This document shows, piece by piece, positions 44,601 through 56,600 of a stretch of 64,000 nt of DNA. The stretch lies in contig CAVTHO010000010.1 of the NCBI GenBank assembly GCA_963734545.1, forward strand, positions 64,001 to 128,000. The letters run 5' to 3'. The notes under the pieces were generated by a model. It saw only the letters and a list, made by a program, of their open reading frames with translations, did no database searches and was not told the DNA's origin. Both the position numbers and the translations under genes were made by a program. Source of the DNA: an uncultured Spirochaetota bacterium. Its GTDB lineage: Bacteria > Spirochaetota > Spirochaetia > SZUA-6 > Fen-1364. The stretch's first letter is position 1. Each line of letters starts with the position of its first letter.

Positions 44601-47600
44601 GGCTGTAGTCCGATATGAAGAATCCGTCGAAGGCTTCCCAGGCGTTCCCGGTCTGGATGGCGCGCCTGATGCCGTAGGTGTCGTAGCCGAAGCCCAGGTC
44701 TGCCGTGATGCGGAACCCGCCCTTTCCGTACACATTGATCACGACCGGGCCCGCGGTGATGGAAGCGATCTGCTGGAGGAAGCTGAGCTCATATCCGAGA
44801 AGGGGCATCTCGTAGGTCAGGAGCGTCGCGTCCCCGCCCGTCAGGAGCTTCATCCAGTTCCCGATGTCGGTGAGGTAGTCGATGATCTCGAAGCCGCTGC
44901 GCTGCTCCGAGATGGTCCCGCCGCCCGCGCCGGTCTGTATCGTCTCGCCGCCCAGGCTCATGTTCTTGATGTCGTCCAGGAAAGACTTGAAGTCGCTCAC
45001 CAGGGAGTTCTCCGCCTGGACGGCCGAAGGATGGTCGGTGCCGAGGCCGAGGATGTTGCCCAGGAGGATGTCCCCGTTCGTGCCGAGCATCTTGTCCACC
45101 GTGAGGGTGAGGTCGATCATGTTCTGCACTGCGTACAGGAAGGCGGGCGGCATCTCGGGATAGCCGAAGAGCGAGGCGATCTTGTTGATGAGGCCCAGCA
45201 GGCACGGCGGATCGACCAGCACGTCCAGCCCGGGGACAGGCGTCAGAAGGATGTCGACCACGATCCCGACGGGCTCCAGGATGTCGGCGATCTTGTCCAC
45301 GATGGGCTTCAGGATGTCGCTGATGAAGCTTCCCACCTCCAGGCGCAGGTTGTTCAGCCCGATTTCGGGCTCCTGAGCTCCGTCGTCCAGGCTCCAGCCC
45401 CAATTCGCCACGAGGTCGGCCCGCAGGCGCGGGAGGCCCTTTGCGCCCTCGATTTCCAGGATCAGGTCGAGCTTCAATGTCGCGTCCACGCCCAGGTTCA
45501 CGTTGAAGAGATCGTCCATGGGCGTGGAGAGGAGCCGGTTGAAGGTGAGCCGACCGGTGCCCGGCTCGCCCGACACGTCGATGGAGAGGAACCCGAAGAG
45601 GCCGCTGGGCTGGAACCCGTCCTTGGCCGGGTCGCGGTCCGCGTCCCGGGCGGTCACCTTGAAGAACAGCAGCACGCCTTCGGCGACGAACGGAGTGACC
45701 ACGGCGTTGTCCAGGGGCTTGCCGTCCAGGAAGGCGCCGATCTCGACCTCGATTTCAGGGTCGCCGGGATTGTGGGTATCGTTGGTGACGAGATAGAACC
45801 CGTCCGCCAGGCTCAGGCCCATGCCGAAGTCGAAGGTCCATGACATCTGCACCGCGAACCCGCCGTCCACCTGCAGCCCGAAGCCCGGCAGGTCTATGTC
45901 CAGGGGGATGTCCACCCCGGTCCCGAACACGATCCCGCCCAGGGACACCTCGAACTGGATGGCATCCGCGTCGGAGTCGTACCCGTCGCTCTCCTGGGGC
46001 ACCTCGTCGCCCAGGACCCACGCTTTCAGCAGGTTTCCGTTCTCGTCGTACCAGCCGACCATGATGTCGGAGATATCGATCCGCCCGTCTCCGTTCCCGT
46101 CCAGGACGATGTCCAGACCCGAGGGGCCGAATACATCCCAGATCGCGTCGCGAATGTACTGGATGGCCGCCCCGGGCCTTTCCAGCTTGGCCCGCAGCTC
46201 CGCCAGGAACCCGAGGCGCAGATCCCGGATGAAGGTCGCGGCCTGTGCCAGCTTGTTCCCCACGATGGGCAGGTCGACCGCCAGGTTGGAGCCCAGCACG
46301 TCCTGCACCGCGCCCAGGGCAAAGTCCACGCCGTCCAGGATGTAGCCGGGGTCGTTGAGGATGCTCAGAAGCGAGAAGTCGGGCAGCTCGAGATTCGGAA
46401 GCACCACGATGACCGCGTCCACGGTGCCCGTGGGGGATCCGGCGAGCCTGCGGAACACCTCCAGGAGAGCCTGCTCACCGTACCCTGCCGGGCTCGGCGC
46501 GGCGTTGGTGTAGACGTGGACCGGGTCCAGGTCGAAGAGGCCGGGGATTTCGACCGGCAGGAGAATGTCGAACCCGCCCTTCAGGTCGTAGTCGAGATTG
46601 TCGAGGATGCCTTCGTCCAGGAAGTGGAACCGGCCGTCGTCCGCGACAGGGCCCGACCGCTGGTTGATGGACAAGGTGAACGTGGCGAAGTCCACGGCGG
46701 TGACGACCGCGCCCTCCGTGTAGAAGGCGCCCCCGGCCCCGTAGGTGAGCCTCCCCAGATACGCCGAGCCGCCCCGCACGCCGATCCCGAAGGGCTGGAA
46801 CAGCAGCTCGAGGTTTGTCCCCTCCACCTTCAGGCCGATGGTGACTCGCGTTCCCGTGTCGTCGGCGGGGGAAGAGTTGCCCTGATCCTCAAAGTCGAAG
46901 AGGAAGAAGTCCACGTTCCCGTTTTCGATGTCGCCGAAGTCGATCCCCACGTCGACGACCATCTCGACGAAAGCGTCCCAGGAGATGTCGGCCCCGGCAG
47001 ATACCAGCTCGTCGATGAACCCCCAGCCGGTCCCCGTGCTTCCCGTGAACATGCCGATGATATCGCCCAGGTTGAAGGAGAAGCTGACGTTCATCATGTC
47101 TTCGGAGAGGATGTCCGAGAGGACCTTGTCCCACTCGATGTGCAGCTTGAGGACCGTCATGTCGGCCAGTGACAGGGAGAAGACCTGCTGGTCCGGCGCG
47201 AGGCTGTTGTTGTCGTGAATGCCCAGCGCGTCCTCGATGATCACTTCGACTTCCTGGATGGCTGCCGCGGGGTTCTCCGCCGCCGTCTCGAGCTTGTTCA
47301 GGAGGTTATCGACGAAATTGAAGGCGTCGCTCACCCTGCGGTTGATGATGGGGATTTCCTGCTCGTAGAAAGGAGTTTCCTTCAGCGCCGCCTCGATGAA
47401 CTGCACGCCGGAGCGGATGGCCTCGATGATGTTCTCGAAGCTCAGGTCCTTGAAGCCGAACGAGCTCCCGAAGTCGGGAAGAACGAGGACCACGTGCTTC
47501 GCCGCGATCCACTGATCGAACTGCGCCTGGTTGTACTCGGTGTCGAGGACCGTTTCGATATTCGACCACTCGGTGAGGTCGGGAATGGTGAGGGAGATCT

Positions 47601-50600
47601 CCTTGCCGGCCAGGGCGCTCGTGTCGAGGAGAGGAATTTCCGGCTCCACCGCGAGGCCTTTCAGCTTCGCCTGGGCGTAGCCTTCAAAGTCGAAGTCGAG
47701 GGCGTCGATGAGGTCACCGCTCACGAGATCCAGGAGAGAGAAGGTCCGGTCGTTCTCCGTGGCAAGGTTGCCGTCCGCGTCGAGAGTCAGGGTGGCCCGG
47801 GCCAGGAGGTGCACCCCGCTGCCCGTTCCCGGGCCGCCCGCCGTGAGGCTTACGAACCCGAGCCGGGCAAAGAAGGCGAGGTTCTCGAGGTCCAGGGACG
47901 CCCGGCCGGAAACGTGGGCATTGTTGATGAGCACGCTCAGCCCCTCGCTCCCGGTCAGGCCGTCGAAATCCACGATCCATTCGAAACCGCCTTCCACGGT
48001 GACCTTCAGGTCGGCGACGGCGGAGGTGCCCAGCTCCAGCACGTCCCCCAGATCGAACCCGAGGTTCAGCGGGAGGCCCTTGATGTTGAAGAGGTCGACC
48101 TCGAAGGAGGCCACGTCGCTTTGCGTGAGCAGCCCCACGTCCACCAGCTCGTACAGGTCGAATCCGTCGAAGCTCAGTTTCCCGGCCTCCACCAGGTCGA
48201 GGTCGGAGAGGTTGGACCGGCCCAGGAGCCCCGCGCCGATCAGGTCTGCCAGGGTGACGCCGAGGGTATCCGACGCCAGGAGGTCAACGAGGTTTATTGA
48301 CGATTCGGGGATGACACCGGCCCCGATGAGCCCCTTGCCGACAAGGTCGGCCACGGCGAGGCTCACGTTGGTGAACTCGGATCCCCCGATGAAGCTCATG
48401 TCGATGAGGTCGGACAGGCTGTACAGTTTCAGCCCGGTCAGCGCGGTCATGTCCACCCAGTCGGCCTGCTGGAGCTCCGTCGTCAGCGCCAGGCTGCCGT
48501 CGGGTTTGGTCGCGTACAGCGAAACGTGCAGCTTCAGCAGGTCCGCCCCTGTCATGAGACGGGAAGCGATCAGGGCGTCATAGGGGATTTTCAGGCCGGT
48601 CTTCAGGCTCGTCGCGGAAACAAGGTCGGCGTCCAGGAGATCGGTCAGACGGACCTTCACGGCAGTCGAGGAAAGGAGCGCGGACAGGGAGATCGTCGAC
48701 CCGGTCAGCGCGCCGGGGGAAACGAGCTTGAGGCTCTCCAGGGACGAAATCGACAGGGAGGTGGCGGGGGCGAAGGAATCGGCCGTGATCAGGTCCCACT
48801 GTGCCAGATCGCGCAGTTTCACCAGGGGCAGGTTCAAAAGCCCGTCCAGGAGAACGTCCTTGTCAAACTCCTGCGACGGGTTGATGGCGCCAAGCTCGAG
48901 AAGCTTCGCGAAATCCGCCCGGCCCAGGTTGTTCAGGTTCCGAAGGTTGAAGCTGTTCAGGAGGAAGTTGAAATCCACCGGCAGGTGAAGGCTTCGCGTT
49001 GCAGGATCGTAGACGGCGTCAAGGCCGGCAGGCAGGATTCCCGCCCTGGTGAACTCTTCAACAAAGCCCTGGACGGTGTTGATCCTGGCCAGGTCGATCC
49101 TGGAGAATACCTGCTCGTTGAAGGTGGTGGCGAAGTCGAAGATATCGCCCAGGGTCTTGTTGACGATGGGGATTTCGGTGGACATGAAATCCGAACCGCT
49201 CACGGACTCCAGCCAGTCCAGGGTGTTCTGGATCATTGCAATCAGTGAGCCGAGGTTGAAATCGCTGAAATCAAGGAGGGATTCGAGGTTCTCGTGGGTG
49301 AGAGCGAGCGAAGGGCCGCCCGCTTCGGGGAAGAGAGTGCCGCTCAAGCCCACGCGGGGCGGCGCGCGGGGATCACCGAAACTGACGCCGCCAAGGTTCG
49401 CGAAGACGGGAAGGTCCACCTCGATGTAGTTGTTCCGCGTTCCGGCGCTGTTCATGGTCGGGGCAAAATCAATGCCCGCGCTCTCGTGGTAGGAAACGGT
49501 CGCTCCCAGGTCCAGGGACAGATTTCCTTTTTCTCCGTCGGCCTTGCCTATCGAGATGTCCAGGGGCCCGATGGCGGCGCCCAGGACCAGGTCATCAACG
49601 GACGCGTGACCCTGGAAGGTCAGATGGTTTATGGAGAAGGAAGCTTCGTCGGTTTCCCAATTGAAGGAGAAGCTCAAGGACAGATCCATTGCCAGAACGA
49701 GATTCACCTGGGCATCGCCGTCCAGGACCAGGCCGATGGTCTGGGCCGGCTCACCCAGATTGATGCCCATGGTGCGCTGATAGGTCGACGCAGCATCGAA
49801 GGTGACGCTGACCCCGACAATGGCGTCCGAAGCGTTCCGCTGGGGCTCCCAGGCCAGCAGGCCGTTACCCCCGGCCAGGCTGGGGAGCCAGTACTTCTCG
49901 AGGTACGTGAAGAGGCCGCCGATGGTGGGGCCTCCCGCACTGTAGAAATCCTTCTCCGGGTTCCCCGCCTCCTCCTGCCCCAGGGGGATGCTCAGGTCCC
50001 GCTCGAATGTCCCTGTCGTCAGGTACGGACGCAGGTAGTGCTTGATGTACTGGCCGAGCTGCAGCAGGTTGTCGAGCCCCAGGAGGCCCACGAGCGAGGA
50101 ATCGGTGCCGGGAATGGTCTTGTTGAGGAACGCGTTTCCCTCCGCGACGACGTTTCCCCGGTTGTCGTAGCGCGTGATGAACTGGTCTTTCAGGTCGAGG
50201 ATCTGGTCACCGAGCAGGTCCAGGGCCGCGAAGGCCAGGTCGTTCAGGATCCCGCCGATTTCCCTCAAGTCTGCCGTGAACCCGGGGGAAAGCTCACCGT
50301 CGTAGAGGTCAGTGTCCCCGAATCCGATGCTTCCGAGCGCCACGCCCGTTCCGCCCACCGAGGCGTAGAGGGGCAGGAAAACGAGCACACGGTTCTGGAA
50401 GGCATTGTGGGCCTTGTCCTCCTGGTGGTTGAAGCTGAAGGCCCCGGCGTCAAAGGTTACGCTTCCACCCAGCTCAATCTCCACCCGGCCGGCGTGGTTG
50501 GTGTGCAGGTCGATTGCCTCGTAGCCCAGGCCGATCTCGATGTCGGGGGCACTGAACGATCCTGAGAACTTGAACTCGTCGAAGTTGAACGCGAACTCCC

Positions 50601-53600
50601 CGGTAGAGAGATCCACCCCGAAGTCGAACCTCAAGGCCGTGGAGACGGACACTGCGAGGTCGACCTCGGCGTCGAGCGCGAGCCCCACGCCGCCCAGGTT
50701 CTCCGCGATGGCGAGGGTCACAACGTCGGCAAAGGAATAGGCCCCGTTGAAGGAGATTCCCAGGTGGCTGCCGGCCATCGTCACGGTCAGGAAGTCACCG
50801 CCCACGCCGGTCGAAATCCCCGGCAGTGTCGGGACCCAATGGGCGGTCAGGAAGGACGCCAGGCCGTTCCAGATGTCCGCCGGCGTGACATCTCCCGTGG
50901 CCACCGAGCCCGGCCCGATCCAGGACACCGTGTCGAGGTAGGCGAACACATGGGTGTCGATGTCGAGAAGGGCCTCGATCCCATTTCCCGCGCCGAAGAA
51001 GCTGTTCAGGTCACGGTCGATCCCGGGGATCGTCAGGTCGAAGAACCCCGAGCCGAGCAGGTCCTGCTTCAGGCCCCGAATGAGCCCTGCCAGGTCTTCC
51101 AGGAGTCCCCGGATCACGCTGTCCGCCAGGTTGCCGAGGGCGCCGGCGATGTCGGGAGTCGTGATGATCACGGGATCATAGGGGCCCGGGTTGAGGTTCA
51201 CGATGTGCCGGAAGACCTCCTCCAATCCCGTGTTGATGCTCCCCTGATAGAGAGGATTGGTCCGAATGCTCAGATCCGGCGACAGGGGTATCACGGTCCC
51301 GAACACGTCCAGGGTCAGGGGCAGAACGACTTCCAGGCCGCCGTTCACGCCCGCGAACTGGACGTTGTCCAGGAGGTTCTCCGTGGCGAAGTGGAACCTC
51401 CCGTCCGACAACGGATCTGCCGGATCCAGCACGAAGGCAATGGTAACAAAGTCCGACCGGTCGGCGGGATCCGTCGCCTCCGGGTTCGTGGACGCGTCCC
51501 CGTCGGCGTCCATGGTCATCGTTCCCGCTGTTACGCTCAGACCGATGGAATCGAAAATGCTGAACGACAGGTCGAGGTTCTCCGCGAGCAGCTTGAACCC
51601 GGCATCCACGCGCGTGCCCGTCTGCTCGGCGTCGTTCCAGTCGTAGAGGAACTTGTCGGCCGACCCGCCCGATGCCCGGGGCCCAAGGTCAATTCCGGCC
51701 TCGATTCGAACCCGGGCGAATGCGCTCACGCGGACGGTCCCGCTGCCCTCCAGGGCCACCAGGTCGTCGATCCCTTCCAGGCCGGGGAGACTCCCGCCGA
51801 CGAGACCCTTGAACAGACCGAGATCGAAATTGAAGGGCGTGCTTTCCTCCACGTCCTCTTCCAGCTTGAACCGCAGGCGAAGGACTGTGCCCTCCATGAA
51901 GACGGCGAAAACTGCCCCTGCTGTCTCGAAGTTCAGACCCAGCTTGTTCAGGATCAACCCTATCAGTTTCTGGATGTCGTTCTCCGGGTTGTACAGCTCA
52001 CGCTCCACGGCGTTCACGGCATCATTCATCATTCCGATGAAGGCCAGGATCTCGCGCGGGGATTTGTCGATCAGGGGGATCCTGAGGTCCTTGAAGGCAT
52101 CGTAGATCGGGGAGTTGGGATCCGTGACCCAGAAGGGAAGCCGGTCAAAAGCCTTGAACGCGTAATCCCGGGCCCTCAGGATCATGGACAGTATGTCCTC
52201 GATATGGAGGTACTGGTAGAAAGTGAAAGCAGCGGGGAGGTTTGTCAGGTCGAGGGTCATGTAGCCGGGGGCGGTCCGGGCACGGGCCAGATCGCTCACC
52301 ATGAGCGTGACTCCGCCATCGTCCGACGCGGGGATCCCGCCTATGCCCGTGTTCACCTTGATTCCGAGCAGCGTCGCCTGCGCCTCGCCGGTCACAGCGC
52401 CGTGAAGGATGGAAGCGACATCCAGCCCCGAGAGGGACGAGATCAGGAATTGCCGATCGCCGGCGGTCGCAAGGTCACCGTCCTGGTCGGGCACCAGGGT
52501 CTGCGACACGTTCACCCGGACAAGGCTTCCCGGTGCGTATCCCAGTGTCACCCCCACGAATCCGAGCCGACCCGCGGCCTCGAAGTCCGTCACCTCGAAA
52601 GATACCGACCGTGTGAGGGACGCCGCGTCCACGGAGTACGTCAGCTCCCCTTCGGTCGGACCGCCGGTCTCCCCGTCAAAATCCACGACATAGTCGAGCT
52701 GTCCGGACACCTCGACCAGGAGGTCTGCCAGCGCCGTTGTCCTCAGACCCACCAGGTCGAGGCCGTAGTCACCTGAAAGGTCGAGGGCCGCACCGTTCAA
52801 GCCGAAGTATTGCAGGGCGTGGCTGTCCACCTCGGCGTCCCCCACAAGACCCAGGCTCACGAATGACGCCAGGCTGTCCAGGTCGTTCAGGTTCAGGAGG
52901 CCGCGGTCGCCGAGCTCGTTAAGGGAGAAAGACGGGGTCTTGAGATCTGCTGAGACGAGCAACCCATGGGCAGCCAGGCTCCTCAGAGAAACCAGTTCCT
53001 GATCGAGAAGGGCGTCCTTGTCCACGGTGGCCGAGGCGCCGAGATAGGAGGGATCCACCACGCCCGCCTTGACCAGATCGCTGAACCCGGCAAGTCCGAG
53101 GGAGAGAAGGCTCCCGGCCCCGTTCAAGAGAACCTCGTCGTTTCCGGCGCCCGTGATGACGGCGGCCTCCTGGAGGATTGCCCGGTCGAACATCCGGGAC
53201 GAGGCCACATCGTCCAGCGACCGGGCCGTCACAGACCGGCTCAGGTCGCCGAACCCGACCAACCCGTCCGCAACGAGTCCCTTCAGGGACACGAGTCCGG
53301 ATCCGAGCAGCGCCTGGAGGGACACCATACCGTCCGGTCGGATCAACCCCAGGGCGTTCAAGGCCGCCGTTGTGACCAATCCCGAGCCCGTGAGAGCGGC
53401 AGGGCTCAAGGCCTTGTTATTGAAGCGGCTCTTGCCCACGAGGCCTTGATCCACCAGCTGGGGAAGCTCCGCGCCGTGGCGAATGATCAGATCGCCGGGA
53501 TTCAAGAATCCCCAGTCGATCAGGTCCCCCAGGTAGATCGTCTCCAGGACATCGTAGAGAAACACCTGATGCGCGCTGATGTAGTTGTTGAGGTCCCCGT

Positions 53601-56600
53601 TCTCGAACAGGACGGATTCCTCGAGCTTCACGATATCCAGGCCCATGCCGGGGTCAGCCAGGTCGGCGGCATCCACGAAGTCCCGGCGAATCAAGGACAG
53701 GAGCGTCACGCCCTCCAGGTCCAGCGCCACCAGGGTCCGCACGGGCACCGCGGCACCCAGGGTGTCGGGGACATCCACCGCGAAGGCAGTCTCGATGTCG
53801 GCCGCGTTCAAACCGACGTCGACGAAATCATCCAGACCGACAAACTCGTAGCCGACATACTCGGCGAGGGTCAGGTCGTAGAGAATGGAGCTCAGGAGCG
53901 TGCTGAGAGGGACCGTGCCCAGGTGAACGATGCCATCGAACTGACCGTCCGTGAAATGGGCGGATCCCTCCAGGTCGCTTTGCTCGAACACCTTGTTGAC
54001 GAAGTCCTGCCGGGAAAGAAGGCCGCAATCCACCAGGGATGCCAGCGTCACGTGACTGTCGGCAAGAAGGTCCTCGAGGGAAACGAAGCCATCGGTGCCC
54101 ACAAGATCCTGCTCAACGATGTACTTCTTTCCCACCACGCCGGAATCCAGGAGCTTCTCCAGGGGTACATGCCCGTTCGCTGCCAGGTCCCCGGCGTCCA
54201 CGAGCCCCGCGTGCACAAGCTGCCACAGGCTGACGGCGCTCTGCTTGTAGAACTGGGCCGGGTCCACCAGGCCTTTCTCGACAAGGGCGTCAATGGAAAC
54301 CAGGTTTTCAGCGAGGAATGTTTCAAGGTCTATGGGGCCTGAGTCACCGTATCCGAGAGTTGAAAGGGCATTGCGAGCGACGATATCCGAGGTCAGAAGG
54401 TCCGGCAGAGGAAGGGTGGGTACGAGTAGAGGCAGCGCCGAGGGCGGCCCGCGAGCAAGCTCGTGCAGGCTCACCATATCCAGCGCCAGCAGGTCCGACA
54501 CGCGCACATAGTCCGGCGCCCCTCCCTCGCCCTCCTGAACCAGGTTATTCTGCTCGAGCTCCCGGATCGAGACCTTCGCCGCGGCCAGAAGGTCGTCCAC
54601 GGTGATCGTCGCCGCGCTCAGGTCCACGTCGTCGGCCGTCACGAGACCGGCAGAAACCAGGTCCTCCATGGTCAGAAGGCTTCCACTCAAGAGATCGGAG
54701 ACGGCGACAACATCGTTTCCCGCGCTGTCCTGTGTCACCAGCCCGTCCAGGAGGGCCAGCTCGAGGAGGTCCGACTCAAGGAGAGCCTGCCGGTCCAGGC
54801 TGCCCTGCACGAAAAGATCGGCAAGCAGCACTTCGGGCAGGTCATCGTTCAGGTCATTCACGGTGATGAGCCCCACCCGGACCAGGTCTTCCATGGTGAC
54901 GGAGGTGTTGGCCAGCAGCAGGGCCGCGGTGACCCGGTCACCGTGACGAATAAAGCCCAGGCCGTCGAGCTGTTCGGTGATGGTACGGTCAAAACCGAAC
55001 AGGCGCAAATCCGCGGCCGGAAGGTCAGCCAGGCGACCGCGCTCAAGCAGTCCCTGGTCGACCAGGTCTCCCATGGTCAAAGAGCCGGCGGACACGATTT
55101 CGGGTATGGACCTGCGTGTCGTCATGCTCTTGTCGATGACCCGGGAGCTCAGGAGAGCGGCTTTATCCGCTTCACCCAGCGGACGGAGGTTGTCGTGGGT
55201 GAGGATCTGGAAGTATACGAGCTGGCTCAGGGTGATGGGGCTTTGCTCCAGCAGCGCACCGAGGTCGATGATGGAGCCCGGGCCGATCAGCCCGCCGTGC
55301 GCCGTGATCGCGGTGAAAAGGGAAGAGGCCTTGGCCATGATGTCCGAGGTGCGCAGCTTGTCCAGCAGCACCTCGGCCGGCAGGATAAGATTGCTCCGGG
55401 CCAGGTCTCCCAGATCGGCGAGGCCAGAATCGACAAGGGCGCTCAGGTCGATGTCCTCGATGTTCAGCGCGGAGATACCCACGAGCCCCGCGTTCACAAG
55501 ATCGTCGATTCCCGCCAGACCGGAGCCCAGGACAGCCCCCAGGTCGAGGGACTCCGTGGCCAGGGCGGACACGTTGAGCAGGCTTTCGCCGACCAGCTCG
55601 GCCACGTTCGTCAACCCCGATCCAAGAAGGGACGAAAGGGAAAGCTGGCTCAAGGTCAGATTGCCGGCGGAAACAAATCCGGCCCCGATCAGCTCTTCCA
55701 GCGTGATTACCCCGGAAGCGGCCAGCGCGTGCAGGGAAACGCTGCCGGAATTGTTGAGACCCTTGTAGTCCAGCTCGAACTGGGTTGCCAGCCCTGCCGC
55801 AACGAGACTCGCCGTGCTCAAGGTCGCGTCCGCGAAATCAGCGGCCTGGACCAGGTTCTTCTTCACGAGCTCGGTTAAGGTGGCGACCCCGCGGGAGAGG
55901 ATGCCGCTGACGGGCAGGAGGGTTGACGGAGTGAAATCGGAGGCGGCAATCAATCCTTCCCGGACAAGATCATTGAGCTGGACAGCGGCCCCGGAAATCA
56001 GGTTCTGGATGTTCACGAGGGCCGCTCCGGCAAAATCCCCGGCCTGCAGCAGCCCTTCGCTCACCAGGTCCCCCAGCGCCACCACGCCCGAGGAGAGAAG
56101 CTCGGTCAGCGACAGCTTGTCCAGGCCGATGCTCCCCAGGTTCAGCAGCCCCTGGTCGAAAAGGCTCCCGAGCGAGGTGACTCCGCTGCTCAGGAGATTC
56201 TGCAGGTCCACCAGATCCGTGGTTTCTATCATGCTTGTCAGGTCGATGCCGTAGTCGGCGAGCCTGGCCGCCAGGGCGTTGATGTCGCTGACAAATCCCA
56301 GCTTCGCGATAACACTGTCATAGGTAACGAACCCGGCATCCACCAGGTCCCCGAGGGTGACGAGCCCGGAATCTATGAGCTCATCCATGTCCACCGTGCT
56401 GCCGTAGGAGGCCAGGCTCCGTGTGCCGATGATCCCCGCGTCCGCCAGCGCGTTCAGGTTCAGGCCGCCCCAGTTCGCGACGGATTCAGGAGAGAGCAAC
56501 CCCAGCTCGGCAAGCCGGGAGAGGGTGACGAATCCATGGTCAAGGAGGTCATCCATGTCCACCAGGTCGCTGACCTGGACGAGGCCTTCCTCGACCAGGA

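Noticed and set aside
41098-45843. 1,581-aa plus-strand ORF, and similar long ones (29341..32715, 23707..26037, 50764..52776, 56536..59004)
   Set aside because: Antisense shadows of the high-GC giant gene: no recognisable motifs, and composition typical of reverse-complemented codons.
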